Shown here piece by piece: positions 16,641-26,188 of a DNA stretch of 36,883 nt (positions within the stretch are counted from its first letter, which is position 1; every line of letters starts with the position of its first letter). The stretch is from an uncultured Robiginitalea sp. Its GTDB lineage: Bacteria; Bacteroidota; Bacteroidia; Flavobacteriales; Flavobacteriaceae. A program made the position numbers and the translations under genes. Where the stretch lies: NCBI GenBank assembly GCA_964514365.1, contig CAZEQO010000003.1:3960-40842 (forward strand), in the 5' to 3' direction. The notes below the pieces were generated by a model, which saw only the letters and a list, made by a program, of their open reading frames with translations, did no database searches and was not told the DNA's origin.

Positions 16641-18309
16641 AAAAGTACTAACAGCCTGGCAGCGGCTAATCGGGCTCTTAACCCTGGAGAAAAAGGACGT
16701 TCTTCAGGTTTTTTACTACGCGATTTTCGCCGGGCTGGTGAACCTCTCCTTACCGTTGGGGATTCAGGCAATCATCAACCTGATTCAGGGAGCGCAAGTG
16801 AGTACTTCCTGGATTGTTCTCGTGATCCTGGTCACTTTGGGTGTTGCCTTTGTAGGTGCGCTCCAGCTGATGCAGATAAGGATCATTGAAAATCTGCAAC
16901 AGAAAATCTTTACCAGAGCGTCATTTGAGTTTGCCTACAGATTTCCAAAAATAAAGATGGACCAGCTGCGCAACTATTACCCGCCCGAGCTCGCAAACCG
17001 TTTTTTTGACACCCTAACCGTCCAAAAATCGCTGGCCAAAATCCTGGTGGATTTCCCAGCCGCCCTGTTGCAGATTATTTTCGGCCTGCTTCTGCTTTCT
17101 TTTTACCACCCGTTTTTTATCATCTATGGGATCTTGCTGATTCTGCTGATCTACATCGTTTTTAAGTACACCTTCCAACGCGGATTGGAAACGAGCCTCG
17201 ATGAATCCAAGAATAAGTATAAGGTAGCCCACTGGATTGAAGAGGTAGCCCGATGTATTGTCAGCTTTAAGCTCTCCGGGAAAACCTCCCTTGCTATTGA
17301 CAAAAATGACAGCCTTGTCAGTGCCTACCTGGATGCAAGGGAGAGTCACTTTAAAATTCTCGTAATCCAGTTTGTGCAGATGATCGGGTTTAAAGTGCTT
17401 GTCTCTGCGGGGCTGTTGCTTATTGGAGGATTACTGGTGCTGAATCAGGAGATGAATATCGGGCAGTTTGTCGCGGCAGAAATCATCATCCTCTTGGTTA
17501 TTAGTTCCGTGGAAAAACTCATCCTGGGTCTGGAGACCTTTTACGATTTACTGACTTCCCTTGAAAAACTCGGGCAGGTAGTCGATAAGGAACTGGAACC
17601 CGTGGGTGGAGAAAAACCCTTTGAAGAAGGAAGTGGATTTTTCGTGGAATTAAAAGATATATCTTACAAGATCCCGGAACGGGAGAAGAAAATCATCGAT
17701 GGGGTAAACCTCAAAATCTCACCCACCTGTACCATCCTCCTGAAAGGACCTTCGGGCTCTGGAAAATCAACACTCCTGAGGTTGATCGCCGCTATTCTGG
17801 AACCCGATGAAGGACAGATTTTCATCAACGAGGTTTCCCTGAAAGGCGTGGACCTGAATTATTACCGGTCCCACCTCGGGAAGTCCTTACCCGAGGAAAC
17901 ACCCTTTGAAGGTACCATCCTGGAGAACCTGACCTTTGGAGATAAAAGTATCAGCATGGAAGAGGTGTACTGGGCCCTCGAAAAGACCAAATTAATTTCT
18001 TTTGTCAAGGAACAGCCCCAGGGTTTGAATACCATTCTATATCCGGAAGGGAAACAAATTCCCTTTACGGTGGGTAAAAAACTGGTACTGGCACGGAGTA
18101 TCCTCCGCAAACCAAAACTTTTGTTGCTGAAGGATCCGCTGGACCATTTTAAGTCGAACGAGGCCAAGGATGTCATGGACTTTCTGACTGATCCTGAAAA
18201 CGGATGGGCACTGGTTGTGGTCAGTGAAAATGAGCGCTGGGCTTCACGATGTGGAAGAGTAGTTTACTTTGAAGATGGTAAGATTCTAAAAGAGAACGGA
18301 AATGCTTAA
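16633..18309 (+). CDS. Type I secretion-like ABC exporter (TMD + degenerate NBD, no C39 domain)
   Basis: N-terminal multi-TM domain with MNIGQFVAAEI; Walker A GPSGSGKST; signature, Walker B and H-loop are non-canonical. Confidence 0.9.
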   Translation: MIKKVLTAWQRLIGLLTLEKKDVLQVFYYAIFAGLVNLSLPLGIQAIINLIQGAQVSTSWIVLVILVTLGVAFVGALQLMQIRIIENLQQKIFTRASFEFAYRFPKIKMDQLRNYYPPELANRFFDTLTVQKSLAKILVDFPAALLQIIFGLLLLSFYHPFFIIYGILLILLIYIVFKYTFQRGLETSLDESKNKYKVAHWIEEVARCIVSFKLSGKTSLAIDKNDSLVSAYLDARESHFKILVIQFVQMIGFKVLVSAGLLLIGGLLVLNQEMNIGQFVAAEIIILLVISSVEKLILGLETFYDLLTSLEKLGQVVDKELEPVGGEKPFEEGSGFFVELKDISYKIPEREKKIIDGVNLKISPTCTILLKGPSGSGKSTLLRLIAAILEPDEGQIFINEVSLKGVDLNYYRSHLGKSLPEETPFEGTILENLTFGDKSISMEEVYWALEKTKLISFVKEQPQGLNTILYPEGKQIPFTVGKKLVLARSILRKPKLLLLKDPLDHFKSNEAKDVMDFLTDPENGWALVVVSENERWASRCGRVVYFEDGKILKENGNA

Positions 18310-19651
18310 TATTTCACCGAGTAAATTGAACGAAAAGGTAGACCTGAATCGGTTTGAAGCCGTGCAAAAGGTTTTTCACCGGAGGCATTATAAGTATTTT
18401 GACCGGTTTCTATTGGCATTTGCGATTATTACACTGATCGTATTATTTCTACCCTGGACCCAGAATATTAAGGGGGAAGGATTTCTGACTACTTTGAATC
18501 CGGATCAGCGCCCACAGACCCTTCAATCCCCCATCCCGGGGCGTCTTGAAAAATGGTACGTCCGGGAAGGAGACTATGTGGCAAAGGGAGATACCATCCT
18601 TTTTATGTCAGAGGTCAAGAGCGAGTATTTCGACCCCCGGCTCATTGAGCGTACCGGGCAGCAAATAGATGCAAAGACAATGTCGGTATCCTCCTATCAG
18701 GAGAAGGTTCGCGCCCTTCAAAATCAGATCAGGGCCCTTGAAAATGAGCGGCGGCTCAAGCTGGAACAAGCCAGGAACAAGCTTATACAGGCTAAACTCA
18801 AGGTTCAAAGCGATAGTATTGATCTGGAGGCAGCAAGGACAAATATCAGTATTGCGGAGCGGCAGTATAACCGTACGACCCAATTGCAGCAGGAAGGTCT
18901 GAAAGCGGTGACGGACGTGGAGGAAAAGCGCCTGAAATTGCAGGAAACGCAGGCCAAGCTGATTTCCCAACAGAACAAACTGCTCGCCAGTAAGAACGAG
19001 GTGCTCAATGCGGAGATGGAGATCGGAAGGGTGCAGGCAGAATATACCGATAAAGTCTCAAAGGCTCAGAGCGACTTGTTTACAGCCCAGTCCTCCCAAT
19101 TTGATTCTGAAGCCCAGGTGACAAAATTAGAAAATGAACGATCCAACTATGAACTTCGTTCGGAAATGTACTACATCCGCGCCCCTCAAAACGGTTTTGT
19201 CAACAGGGCGATAAAGGCGGGGATAGGAGAAACTTTTAAGGAAGGGGAGGAACTGGTCAATATCATGCCCTCGGACTACGAAATGGCGGTGGAGACCTTT
19301 GTCTCCCCTATAGACTTACCCCTGATCCATCTCGGGGAGAAAGTCCGGATTCAGTTTGATGGATGGCCCGTTATTGTTTTCAGCGGATGGCCCAATGTGT
19401 CTTACGGAACTTACGGAGGTACGGTTGTAGCGATCGAGACGTTTATCAGCCCGAATGGCAAATACCGCGTCCTTCTTGCGCCGGATGAAGAAGACCATCC
19501 GTGGCCCAAGGATCTGAGGGTTGGTTCGGGGGCTAATACCATCGCACTCCTGGAAGATGTTCCGATATGGTTTGAACTCTGGAGGCAACTCAACGGTTTC
19601 CCTCCGAATTACTACACACCTGATAACGGTGTTGAAACAGCTAAAAAATAA
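18302..19651 (+). CDS. HlyD family membrane fusion protein
   Basis: Single N-terminal TM, QSPIPGRLEKWYVREGDYVAKGD lipoyl half-motif, long coiled coil, IRAPQNGFV, GEKVRIQFDGWP. Confidence 0.93.
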   Translation: MLNISPSKLNEKVDLNRFEAVQKVFHRRHYKYFDRFLLAFAIITLIVLFLPWTQNIKGEGFLTTLNPDQRPQTLQSPIPGRLEKWYVREGDYVAKGDTILFMSEVKSEYFDPRLIERTGQQIDAKTMSVSSYQEKVRALQNQIRALENERRLKLEQARNKLIQAKLKVQSDSIDLEAARTNISIAERQYNRTTQLQQEGLKAVTDVEEKRLKLQETQAKLISQQNKLLASKNEVLNAEMEIGRVQAEYTDKVSKAQSDLFTAQSSQFDSEAQVTKLENERSNYELRSEMYYIRAPQNGFVNRAIKAGIGETFKEGEELVNIMPSDYEMAVETFVSPIDLPLIHLGEKVRIQFDGWPVIVFSGWPNVSYGTYGGTVVAIETFISPNGKYRVLLAPDEEDHPWPKDLRVGSGANTIALLEDVPIWFELWRQLNGFPPNYYTPDNGVETAKK

Positions 19652-19652
19652 C

Positions 19653-21062
19653 ATGCGGCTCAGACTCGTCTTACTGCTCTTTATCTGTTTTTCTTCCCTG
19701 GCCCAGGCGCAACAGGTTGACAGCCTGGTTCTCGGGTTCCGGGAGTATCTGGCCTATGTAAAACAGTTCCATCCTGTAGCCCGGCAGGCGCAAATCGTGC
19801 TAGGTGCTGCCGAGGCGAACCTATTGCAATCCAGGGGTGGGTTCGATCCGAAGCTGGAGGTGGATTACGACCGAAAGGAATTCAGTGGATCGGAATACTA
19901 CGACCGATTGAATGCCACTTTTAAAATCCCCACCTGGTTTGGCGTGGAATTTAAAGGGGGGTACGAACAAAACGAAGGGGATTTCCTCAACCCCGATGAA
20001 TTTGTTCCGGATGACGGTCTTTTTAGTGCCGGGGTATCCGTCAACGTACTCAATGGATTGTGGATCAATGAGCGTATGGCGACCTTGAAAAGGGCAAAAC
20101 TCTTTGAGCAGCAAAGCGAGGCAGACCGGGATTTATTCGTGAATCAAATTCTCTTTGATGCTTCAGAGGCCTATTTCAAATGGTTGCAATCCTATAAAGA
20201 CCTTTTGGTATTTGAACAGTTCCTGGACAATGCGAGGCTGCGTTTTGACGGGATAAGGGAGAGTGCCCTGGCCGGTGATATCGCCTATATAGATACCGTA
20301 GAAGCAGGGATTGCAGTACAGAACAGAAGCCTCGGGCTGGAGCAGGCCCGGGTGCGCTACAGGAACAGGGCTCTGGAGCTCTCCAATTTTCTATGGTTGG
20401 ACGATAATATCCCTATTGAAGTCCAGGAGGGGGTTACCCCGGAGATGAACCCGGGAGAGGAGGTCGACCGCGCTTTGGAAATAGAAGGCTTACCCGTGGA
20501 TAGTTTTGCGCTGGAAGTGCACCCCAAACTCCGCTCTCTGGATTACAAAATTCAGGGCCTGGAGGTAGATCGAAGGCTAAAGGTTAACCAGTTGTTTCCC
20601 CAGATACAGCTGGAGTACAATTTTCTCACTGAGACCCCCGATCTCATTAATTCTTATGTCACCCAGGATTACAAGGGTGGGGTGACATTTAGTATGCCAC
20701 TCTTTTTAAGAAAGGAAAGGGGTGCTTTGAAGTTGGCGCGTTTTAAGTTGAGGGATGCGGAATTTGAAAGGGACAACGCCTGGGTGAGTATACGTAACAA
20801 AGTATATGCACTCTACAATGAACTCGATTCATTCGAACGGCAGAATGTACTGATCGATGGGATTGTTGTGGATTACAGCAGGCTTTTGCAAGCCGAAGAA
20901 CGCAAGTTCAGTTTTGGGGAGAGCTCCCTCTTTTTGATCAACTCCAGGGAGCGCGCACTGATCGATGCACGCCTGAAATCCAATGAAGTTCAAAACAAAT
21001 ATCTGATGGCCAAAGCGAAGTTGTTCCAGGCGCTAGCTATCAACCCGGATCTCAATCCTTAA
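19653..21062 (+). CDS. TolC family outer-membrane efflux protein
   Basis: Signal peptide from ATG 19653, HPVARQA, GGFDPKL, HPKL, FSMPLFLRKERG, AEERKFSFGESSLFLINSRE; follows HlyD by 1 nt. Confidence 0.9.
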   Translation: MRLRLVLLLFICFSSLAQAQQVDSLVLGFREYLAYVKQFHPVARQAQIVLGAAEANLLQSRGGFDPKLEVDYDRKEFSGSEYYDRLNATFKIPTWFGVEFKGGYEQNEGDFLNPDEFVPDDGLFSAGVSVNVLNGLWINERMATLKRAKLFEQQSEADRDLFVNQILFDASEAYFKWLQSYKDLLVFEQFLDNARLRFDGIRESALAGDIAYIDTVEAGIAVQNRSLGLEQARVRYRNRALELSNFLWLDDNIPIEVQEGVTPEMNPGEEVDRALEIEGLPVDSFALEVHPKLRSLDYKIQGLEVDRRLKVNQLFPQIQLEYNFLTETPDLINSYVTQDYKGGVTFSMPLFLRKERGALKLARFKLRDAEFERDNAWVSIRNKVYALYNELDSFERQNVLIDGIVVDYSRLLQAEERKFSFGESSLFLINSRERALIDARLKSNEVQNKYLMAKAKLFQALAINPDLNP

Positions 21063-21083
21063 GCTCTTAAATTAAAAAACCCT

Positions 21084-21950
21084 ATGAAGCCCTTTAACTA
21101 TGTTTCAAAGGACGCTTTAAAAGAAGCCGTCTTTATCCTCAGCGGGATTGGGTGCGCTGCATTTGGGCTTGAGAGTTTTCTGCTTCCAAACCGCTTTATC
21201 GACGGAGGAGCGACGGGGATTTCACTCCTGATTGCTGAATTGTTTGACCTCCCGCTCTACATCCTCTTAATCGTGGTGAACATCCCTTTTCTCATACTGG
21301 GGTTACGTGTTATCGGACGCGGATTTACCATTAAAGCGGGAATTTCAATCATCGGGTTGGCCCTGACACTTGTTCTGGTGGATTTCCCGGAAATTACCGA
21401 GGATAAGCTTCTGGTGGCGGTTTTTGGGGGATTTTTTCTCGGAGCGGGAATCGGGCTTTCGATTCGGGGGGGTGGGGTGTTAGATGGCACAGAAGTACTG
21501 GCCATTTATCTGAGTCGAAAAACGGCTTTAAAAATAGGGGATGTGGTAATCCTGATCAATGTCGTTATATTTCTTGCGGCGGCCTATTTTCTCTCAATCG
21601 AAGCGGCCCTGTATTCGATGCTGACCTATCTGGCAGCTTCCAGAACCCTCGATTTTGTCGTGGAGGGTATAGAGGAATACACAGGTGTTACGATCATTTC
21701 CGGGAAATCGGAGGAGATTCGGGAAATGATCATAGAAAAAATGGGGCGCGGCCTGACTATTTTTCCAGCCCGGGGAGGCTATCGGACCAAAGGGCATTCT
21801 ATGGACTACGACGTGCTTTATACTGTTATTACCCGATTGGAAATTAGTAAGCTGTACCGGGAACTCGACCGTATCGATCCCAAAGCTTTTGTGATTATGA
21901 ACAGCATCAACGATACCCGGGGCGGAATGATTAAAAAGCAGGCTGTGTAA
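21084..21950 (+). CDS. YitT family membrane protein (with C-terminal DUF2179-like domain)
   Basis: FLLPNRFIDGGATGISLL, NIPF, FGGFFLGAGIG, GGVLDGTEVLA, RGLT, IDPKAFV. Confidence 0.9.
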   Translation: MKPFNYVSKDALKEAVFILSGIGCAAFGLESFLLPNRFIDGGATGISLLIAELFDLPLYILLIVVNIPFLILGLRVIGRGFTIKAGISIIGLALTLVLVDFPEITEDKLLVAVFGGFFLGAGIGLSIRGGGVLDGTEVLAIYLSRKTALKIGDVVILINVVIFLAAAYFLSIEAALYSMLTYLAASRTLDFVVEGIEEYTGVTIISGKSEEIREMIIEKMGRGLTIFPARGGYRTKGHSMDYDVLYTVITRLEISKLYRELDRIDPKAFVIMNSINDTRGGMIKKQAV

Positions 21951-22004
21951 GGAAACAGGTCGCGGGCCTACTGAGTACAGGTCAATAAGGATTGAATGAC
22001 ATTG

Positions 22005-22634
22005 ATGGAAGACACAAAAAAGAAAATCCCTACTAAAGCGCTTATTACCCACGCCCTGGAGGGCTCGATGAGCTATCGGGAATATAAGGATTACGTCGGG
22101 AAACTGGTATCGGAAAAACAGACTTCGGGAGCGAGTCAGACCGCCGAAATGGTGCACTACACCCTTTTAAACCATCAACGGATGCGGCGGTGGGACAAAA
22201 AGACAACCCTTAGTGATTCCGATGCATTGCAGCTTAAAAAGCTCAACACATCCGGAATATGGCTGGTACTGACTGAGTCCTGGTGTGGAGATGCGGCCCC
22301 TGTATTACCTATCCTGCACGCCATCGCTCAGGCTACGCCCATGTTGGACCTCAGGATTGCCCTGCGGGATGAAAATTCGGAATTGATGGACAGGTTCCTT
22401 ACCGATAACGCCCGATCTATTCCCAAACTCCTGGTCCTGAATCCCGGAAGGCAGATGGAGGTAGAAGCCACCTGGGGGCCCCGGCCCGAAGTTGCGCGCA
22501 ATATGGTATTGGCCTACAAGGAAAGGCATGGAAAACTAAACGCTGAATTCCGGGAATCCCTTCAAAAATGGTACAATCAGGACAAGGGTAAAGGGATTAC
22601 GGCCGAAGTTATGGCCTTACTTGCTTTGAAATAA
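22005..22634 (+). CDS. Thioredoxin family protein (WCGD monothiol type)
   Basis: LTESWCGDAA, LRDEN..LMD.FLT..ARSIPKL, WGPRP. The start could be 21996 or 22005. Confidence 0.88.
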   Translation: MEDTKKKIPTKALITHALEGSMSYREYKDYVGKLVSEKQTSGASQTAEMVHYTLLNHQRMRRWDKKTTLSDSDALQLKKLNTSGIWLVLTESWCGDAAPVLPILHAIAQATPMLDLRIALRDENSELMDRFLTDNARSIPKLLVLNPGRQMEVEATWGPRPEVARNMVLAYKERHGKLNAEFRESLQKWYNQDKGKGITAEVMALLALK

Positions 22635-23333
22635 ATAGGTGATAGTACCCTTTTGAAAACTTTTTTCAGAGTTGCTGAAGCGGGCCTTTTTGGCGTACTC
22701 TATCCCTTTTTCCACCAAACATCCGTTGGACGTGTTCGAACTATTGGCATTATAGGTAGCATCCATAACAAACCCCCGGTTATCCACCTCTATATTAATC
22801 ACTACTTTCCCCCCTTCGGGACAAGTGTATATAGGCAATGGAAGCTGACGATGTGTTCGGTTGACCAGGGAATAACTAATCGAAGTGCGCTTTTCTGAGA
22901 GGAAGCTGGTATATTCTTTTTTTTCGGCTTCTTTTTCCCCTAGAAGTTCTTTTTTAGCCTCCCGGCGCCGGGCCAGCTCCTCCAGGGTATTCGAATACGC
23001 ATCGGGATTTGTGGCATCCGCAGGCTCCGTACCCTCGAGTTCCGCTCTTTCAGCCATAATCTCTTCAAGGGTTTTCAGGGGTTCAGGTTCCCCATACCGT
23101 GGTTTTGCAGTCTCATTTAAGGCCATATGCGTCTTTACAGGATCGGCTTCGGCCTTTTCCTGTTCTTCCATTTCCTGAAGCATGGCTTCCAGGTCTTCGT
23201 CAGCCAGACTCATTTCCACGGCGTACTCTTCCTCAATCTGGGTACCGAGATGGATGTTGAACAAGGTCAGCACCACGATACTCAGGGAGAAGAACGTAAT
23301 GAGAAATGCCAGTTGACTGCGTGTCAGATTCAT
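22617..23333 (-). CDS. TonB-like energy transducer (N-terminal TM, charged linker, TonB C-terminal-like domain)
   Basis: Single TM, acidic helical linker, then PIYTCPEGGKVVINIEVDNRGFV...A..ARF...QKGTITYLF. Confidence 0.7.
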   Translation of the reverse strand: MNLTRSQLAFLITFFSLSIVVLTLFNIHLGTQIEEEYAVEMSLADEDLEAMLQEMEEQEKAEADPVKTHMALNETAKPRYGEPEPLKTLEEIMAERAELEGTEPADATNPDAYSNTLEELARRREAKKELLGEKEAEKKEYTSFLSEKRTSISYSLVNRTHRQLPLPIYTCPEGGKVVINIEVDNRGFVMDATYNANSSNTSNGCLVEKGIEYAKKARFSNSEKSFQKGTITYLFQSK

Positions 23334-23398
23334 AGAACTATAACCGCTTTTCCCCTGTTTTATTTTGTATTTCAGGGTGGATGAACTGCTTTTTCAGA

Positions 23399-24109
23399 TC
23401 AGAGCTCAAAGCCCGCTTCTGTAAAAAGAGCCCGAAATTCATTCGGACCTATTGCAGTATTTACGTTGTAGGAACCTATTTTGGTTCTTTTAAGTGCGGA
23501 GAGATACGCCCCCGAACCTAGAGATTTTCCAAAATCGAAAGCCAAAGACCGGATGTAAGTGCCTTTGCTGCACGAAACGATAAAATCGACTTCGGGCAAT
23601 GCGATACGCGTCAGCTCAAATCGGGTAATGACCACCCTGCGCAGGGGGATGTCTACTTCCTGCCCTTTCCGGGCATATTCATACAGGCGTTTTCCATCTT
23701 TTTTTACAGCTGAGAAAACCGGGGGTTGCTGGGTTATCTCCCCTACAAAGGAGGCGGTCTTCTGACGCAGCAGCTCTTCTGTAAGATGTTCCGTCGGATA
23801 TGTAGCCTCTACCGTGGTTTCCATATCGTAAGATGGGGTGGTTGCCCCGAGTTGGATGGTCCCGGTGTATTCCTTTGGCATCCCCTGCAGATCTGCAATC
23901 TTCTTGGTGCTCTTGCCGGTGCAGATCAGGAGTAACCCTGTAGCCAGGGGATCCAGGGTGCCTGCATGGCCCACCTTGATTTTTTTAAGCGAAAATGCCT
24001 TCCTCAGGGTCCATTTCACTGCGTTGACAGCCTGGAACGAAGTCCAGCCATAGGGCTTGTCTATGGCCAGAATGCAACCTTCCAGAAAGGCTTCTTTGGT
24101 GAGTTCCAA
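23399..24109 (-). CDS. truB: tRNA pseudouridine(55) synthase
   Basis: IDKPYGWTS, KVGHAGTLDPLATGLL, QQPPVFSAVKKDGKRLYEYARKG, CSKGTYIRSL; TTG start. Confidence 0.97.
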   Translation of the reverse strand: MELTKEAFLEGCILAIDKPYGWTSFQAVNAVKWTLRKAFSLKKIKVGHAGTLDPLATGLLLICTGKSTKKIADLQGMPKEYTGTIQLGATTPSYDMETTVEATYPTEHLTEELLRQKTASFVGEITQQPPVFSAVKKDGKRLYEYARKGQEVDIPLRRVVITRFELTRIALPEVDFIVSCSKGTYIRSLAFDFGKSLGSGAYLSALKRTKIGSYNVNTAIGPNEFRALFTEAGFEL

Positions 24110-24130
24110 CGGAGTCTCATTTTTGATGGC

Positions 24131-24925
24131 TTAAAACCATATAGCTGCCGCAATGGCTATACAACCGGCGATAACACAATATACGGCAAAAAAGGTAAGC
24201 CTGCTGTTGCGAACCAGGCGGATCATCCACGTACAGGCCAGGAGGCCAGCGATAAAGGCCGCAAAAAAACCGGCTGTGAGTACCCCAAAATTATCTGCCT
24301 GCACATTGAGATCTCCACTGAGGACATCTTTGGCTATTTTACCAAGGATCAATGGGACGACCATTAAAAAAGAAAAACGTGCGGCCTTTTGTTTGTCAAC
24401 ACCCAGCAATACGGAAGTCGCTATAGTTGCCCCGCTTCGGGAAATGCCCGGGAGCATGGCTACAGCCTGTGCGAGCCCGATGACAAAGGAGTTTCCATAG
24501 GTCACATTTTTATGGGTGGTTTTGGCCCGGTCGGCCAAAAAGAGCAATAGGGCCGTAATAAGCAACATGCTGCCCACCAGCAAAATGTTACCGCTAAAGA
24601 GCCTTTCCAGTTCCTCTTCAAAAAACAACCCCACCAAAGCAGCGGGAATCATCGAAACGATAATTTTTATCGAAAAACGAAAGGCTTCATTGTCTTTGAA
24701 TTCAAAGAGCCCCCTGAGGATCTCCCAAACGTCTTTCCTATAAACCACAAGGGTACTTAAGGCCGTTGCAAAGTGCAAAACCACCGTAAACAGAAGGCTT
24801 TCTTCAGGGATGGAGGTGTCTCCCAGCAAGACTTTACCCAGTTCCAGGTGCCCGCTTGAAGAGACAGGCAGGAATTCTGTGAGTCCCTGGATAATACCGA
24901 GGATAATGGCGTCGATCAGGTCCAA
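24131..24925 (-). CDS. uppP: Undecaprenyl-diphosphate phosphatase
   Basis: GIIQGLTEFLPVSSSGHL, PGISRSGATI, AARFSFL; TTG start. Confidence 0.97.
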   Translation of the reverse strand: MDLIDAIILGIIQGLTEFLPVSSSGHLELGKVLLGDTSIPEESLLFTVVLHFATALSTLVVYRKDVWEILRGLFEFKDNEAFRFSIKIIVSMIPAALVGLFFEEELERLFSGNILLVGSMLLITALLLFLADRAKTTHKNVTYGNSFVIGLAQAVAMLPGISRSGATIATSVLLGVDKQKAARFSFLMVVPLILGKIAKDVLSGDLNVQADNFGVLTAGFFAAFIAGLLACTWMIRLVRNSRLTFFAVYCVIAGCIAIAAAIWF

Positions 24926-25198
24926 TTATTCGGATTTCTTCTTATTGGGATTGAAGAGAATCGCAAAAACCTGGATCCCAAGGCCGATAAGCACCAGGGT
25001 AGGGGCCAGGCGAATGCGCCGGAAATTAAAAATGGCGTCGCTGAATACTTCCGGGTCTTCGGTACCCCCGCCCGCCATAAGGATATAGCCAAGGGCAATA
25101 AAGGCAAGGCCGACAAACATGATCAGGTAATTTTTTCGCTGAAAAATAAATTCCTGGGATTTCTTCTGCGGTTTCTGCCGATTCTTTTTCTTGCTCAT
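24926..25198 (-). CDS. DUF3098 family membrane protein
   Basis: F.RKNY, two TMs, LMAGGG.EDP.VF...IF.FRRIRLAP; lies between ftsX and uppP. Confidence 0.85.
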   Translation of the reverse strand: MSKKKNRQKPQKKSQEFIFQRKNYLIMFVGLAFIALGYILMAGGGTEDPEVFSDAIFNFRRIRLAPTLVLIGLGIQVFAILFNPNKKKSE

Positions 25199-25207
25199 GC
25201 TGCAAAT

Positions 25208-26086
25208 TTAGTAATATAAATCATCTGTGCGCAGATTCAGAAAACGCTGGGTAGCAAAGTACGTACTGGCCAGTGAGATCAGGACTCCTGCCAGAAAAAC
25301 CCCGGCAAAGACCAACCCGAGTTGGACCATATCCTGTAATAATCCCAACTGGGGAAAATTCTGATCCAGATAGAATAGCACCCCCGCAAGGCCCAACAGG
25401 GCCAGAATCGCCCCTATCATTCCGAGTTTGATATTCGTCCAGATACAGGGTTTACGGATAAACGATTTTGTAGCCCCGACCATTTGCATCGTTTTGATAA
25501 TAAAACGCTTGGAGTAGATGGAAAGACGGATGGAGCTGTTTATAAGTAATACAGCGATAAGGGTAAAGAGCGCAGAAGCGATAAGAATACCGAGACCCAG
25601 GCGCTTGACATTCCGTGTAAGCAAGTCCAGGGTGGGGCGGTCAAAACTCACCTCTTCGACAAAGCTTTGGCTTGCAATACTCTGTGCGATGGAGTCCACC
25701 TGAGCAGTGTTTACAAAATCGGCATTCAGGTTGATGTCGATGGAATTCTTAAGAGGATTGTATCCGAGAAACTCCAGAAAATCCTCCCCAATCTCTGCGC
25801 TGTGTTCTTCCGCGGCCTCATCTTTGGAGACGAAAACAGCAGATTTGGTATACTCAGACAGGACCAGGCTTTTCTGCAGTTGGCCTATTTCCACTTCTTT
25901 GGCAGAGTCTTTAAGGAAAACCGAAACAGTGATTTCCTCTTTAAAGTGATCTGCCAGCTTTTTGGTGTTGAGTACCAGCAAACCGAGGACACCCAATAAA
26001 AAAAGAACCAGAGCAATGCTCAGGATAACCGAAAAATAGGAAGAGATCAGTTTACGCCTTTGGTAGCGTTCAAATGATTTGCTCAT
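25208..26086 (-). CDS. ftsX: Cell division permease FtsX
   Basis: SVILSIALVLFLLG, FVSKDEA, GYNPL, LINSSIRLSIYSKRFIIKTMQMVGAT..FI.KP. Start set at ATG 26086 (MSKSFERYQRRK). Confidence 0.95.
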   Translation of the reverse strand: MSKSFERYQRRKLISSYFSVILSIALVLFLLGVLGLLVLNTKKLADHFKEEITVSVFLKDSAKEVEIGQLQKSLVLSEYTKSAVFVSKDEAAEEHSAEIGEDFLEFLGYNPLKNSIDINLNADFVNTAQVDSIAQSIASQSFVEEVSFDRPTLDLLTRNVKRLGLGILIASALFTLIAVLLINSSIRLSIYSKRFIIKTMQMVGATKSFIRKPCIWTNIKLGMIGAILALLGLAGVLFYLDQNFPQLGLLQDMVQLGLVFAGVFLAGVLISLASTYFATQRFLNLRTDDLYY

Positions 26087-26188
26087 AGCGATACTAAGGA
26101 TATGTAAAAATAGGAAAGTAAATGGATTCCACTTATTTTTACCCGGAATTAACCTATGGGGCATCCCCCCTCACTTTTCACCCATAAA

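Noticed and set aside
26087-26188. T-box or attenuator upstream of leuS
   Set aside because: The spacer is only about 100 nt, is shared with divergent ftsX, and has no T-box motif.
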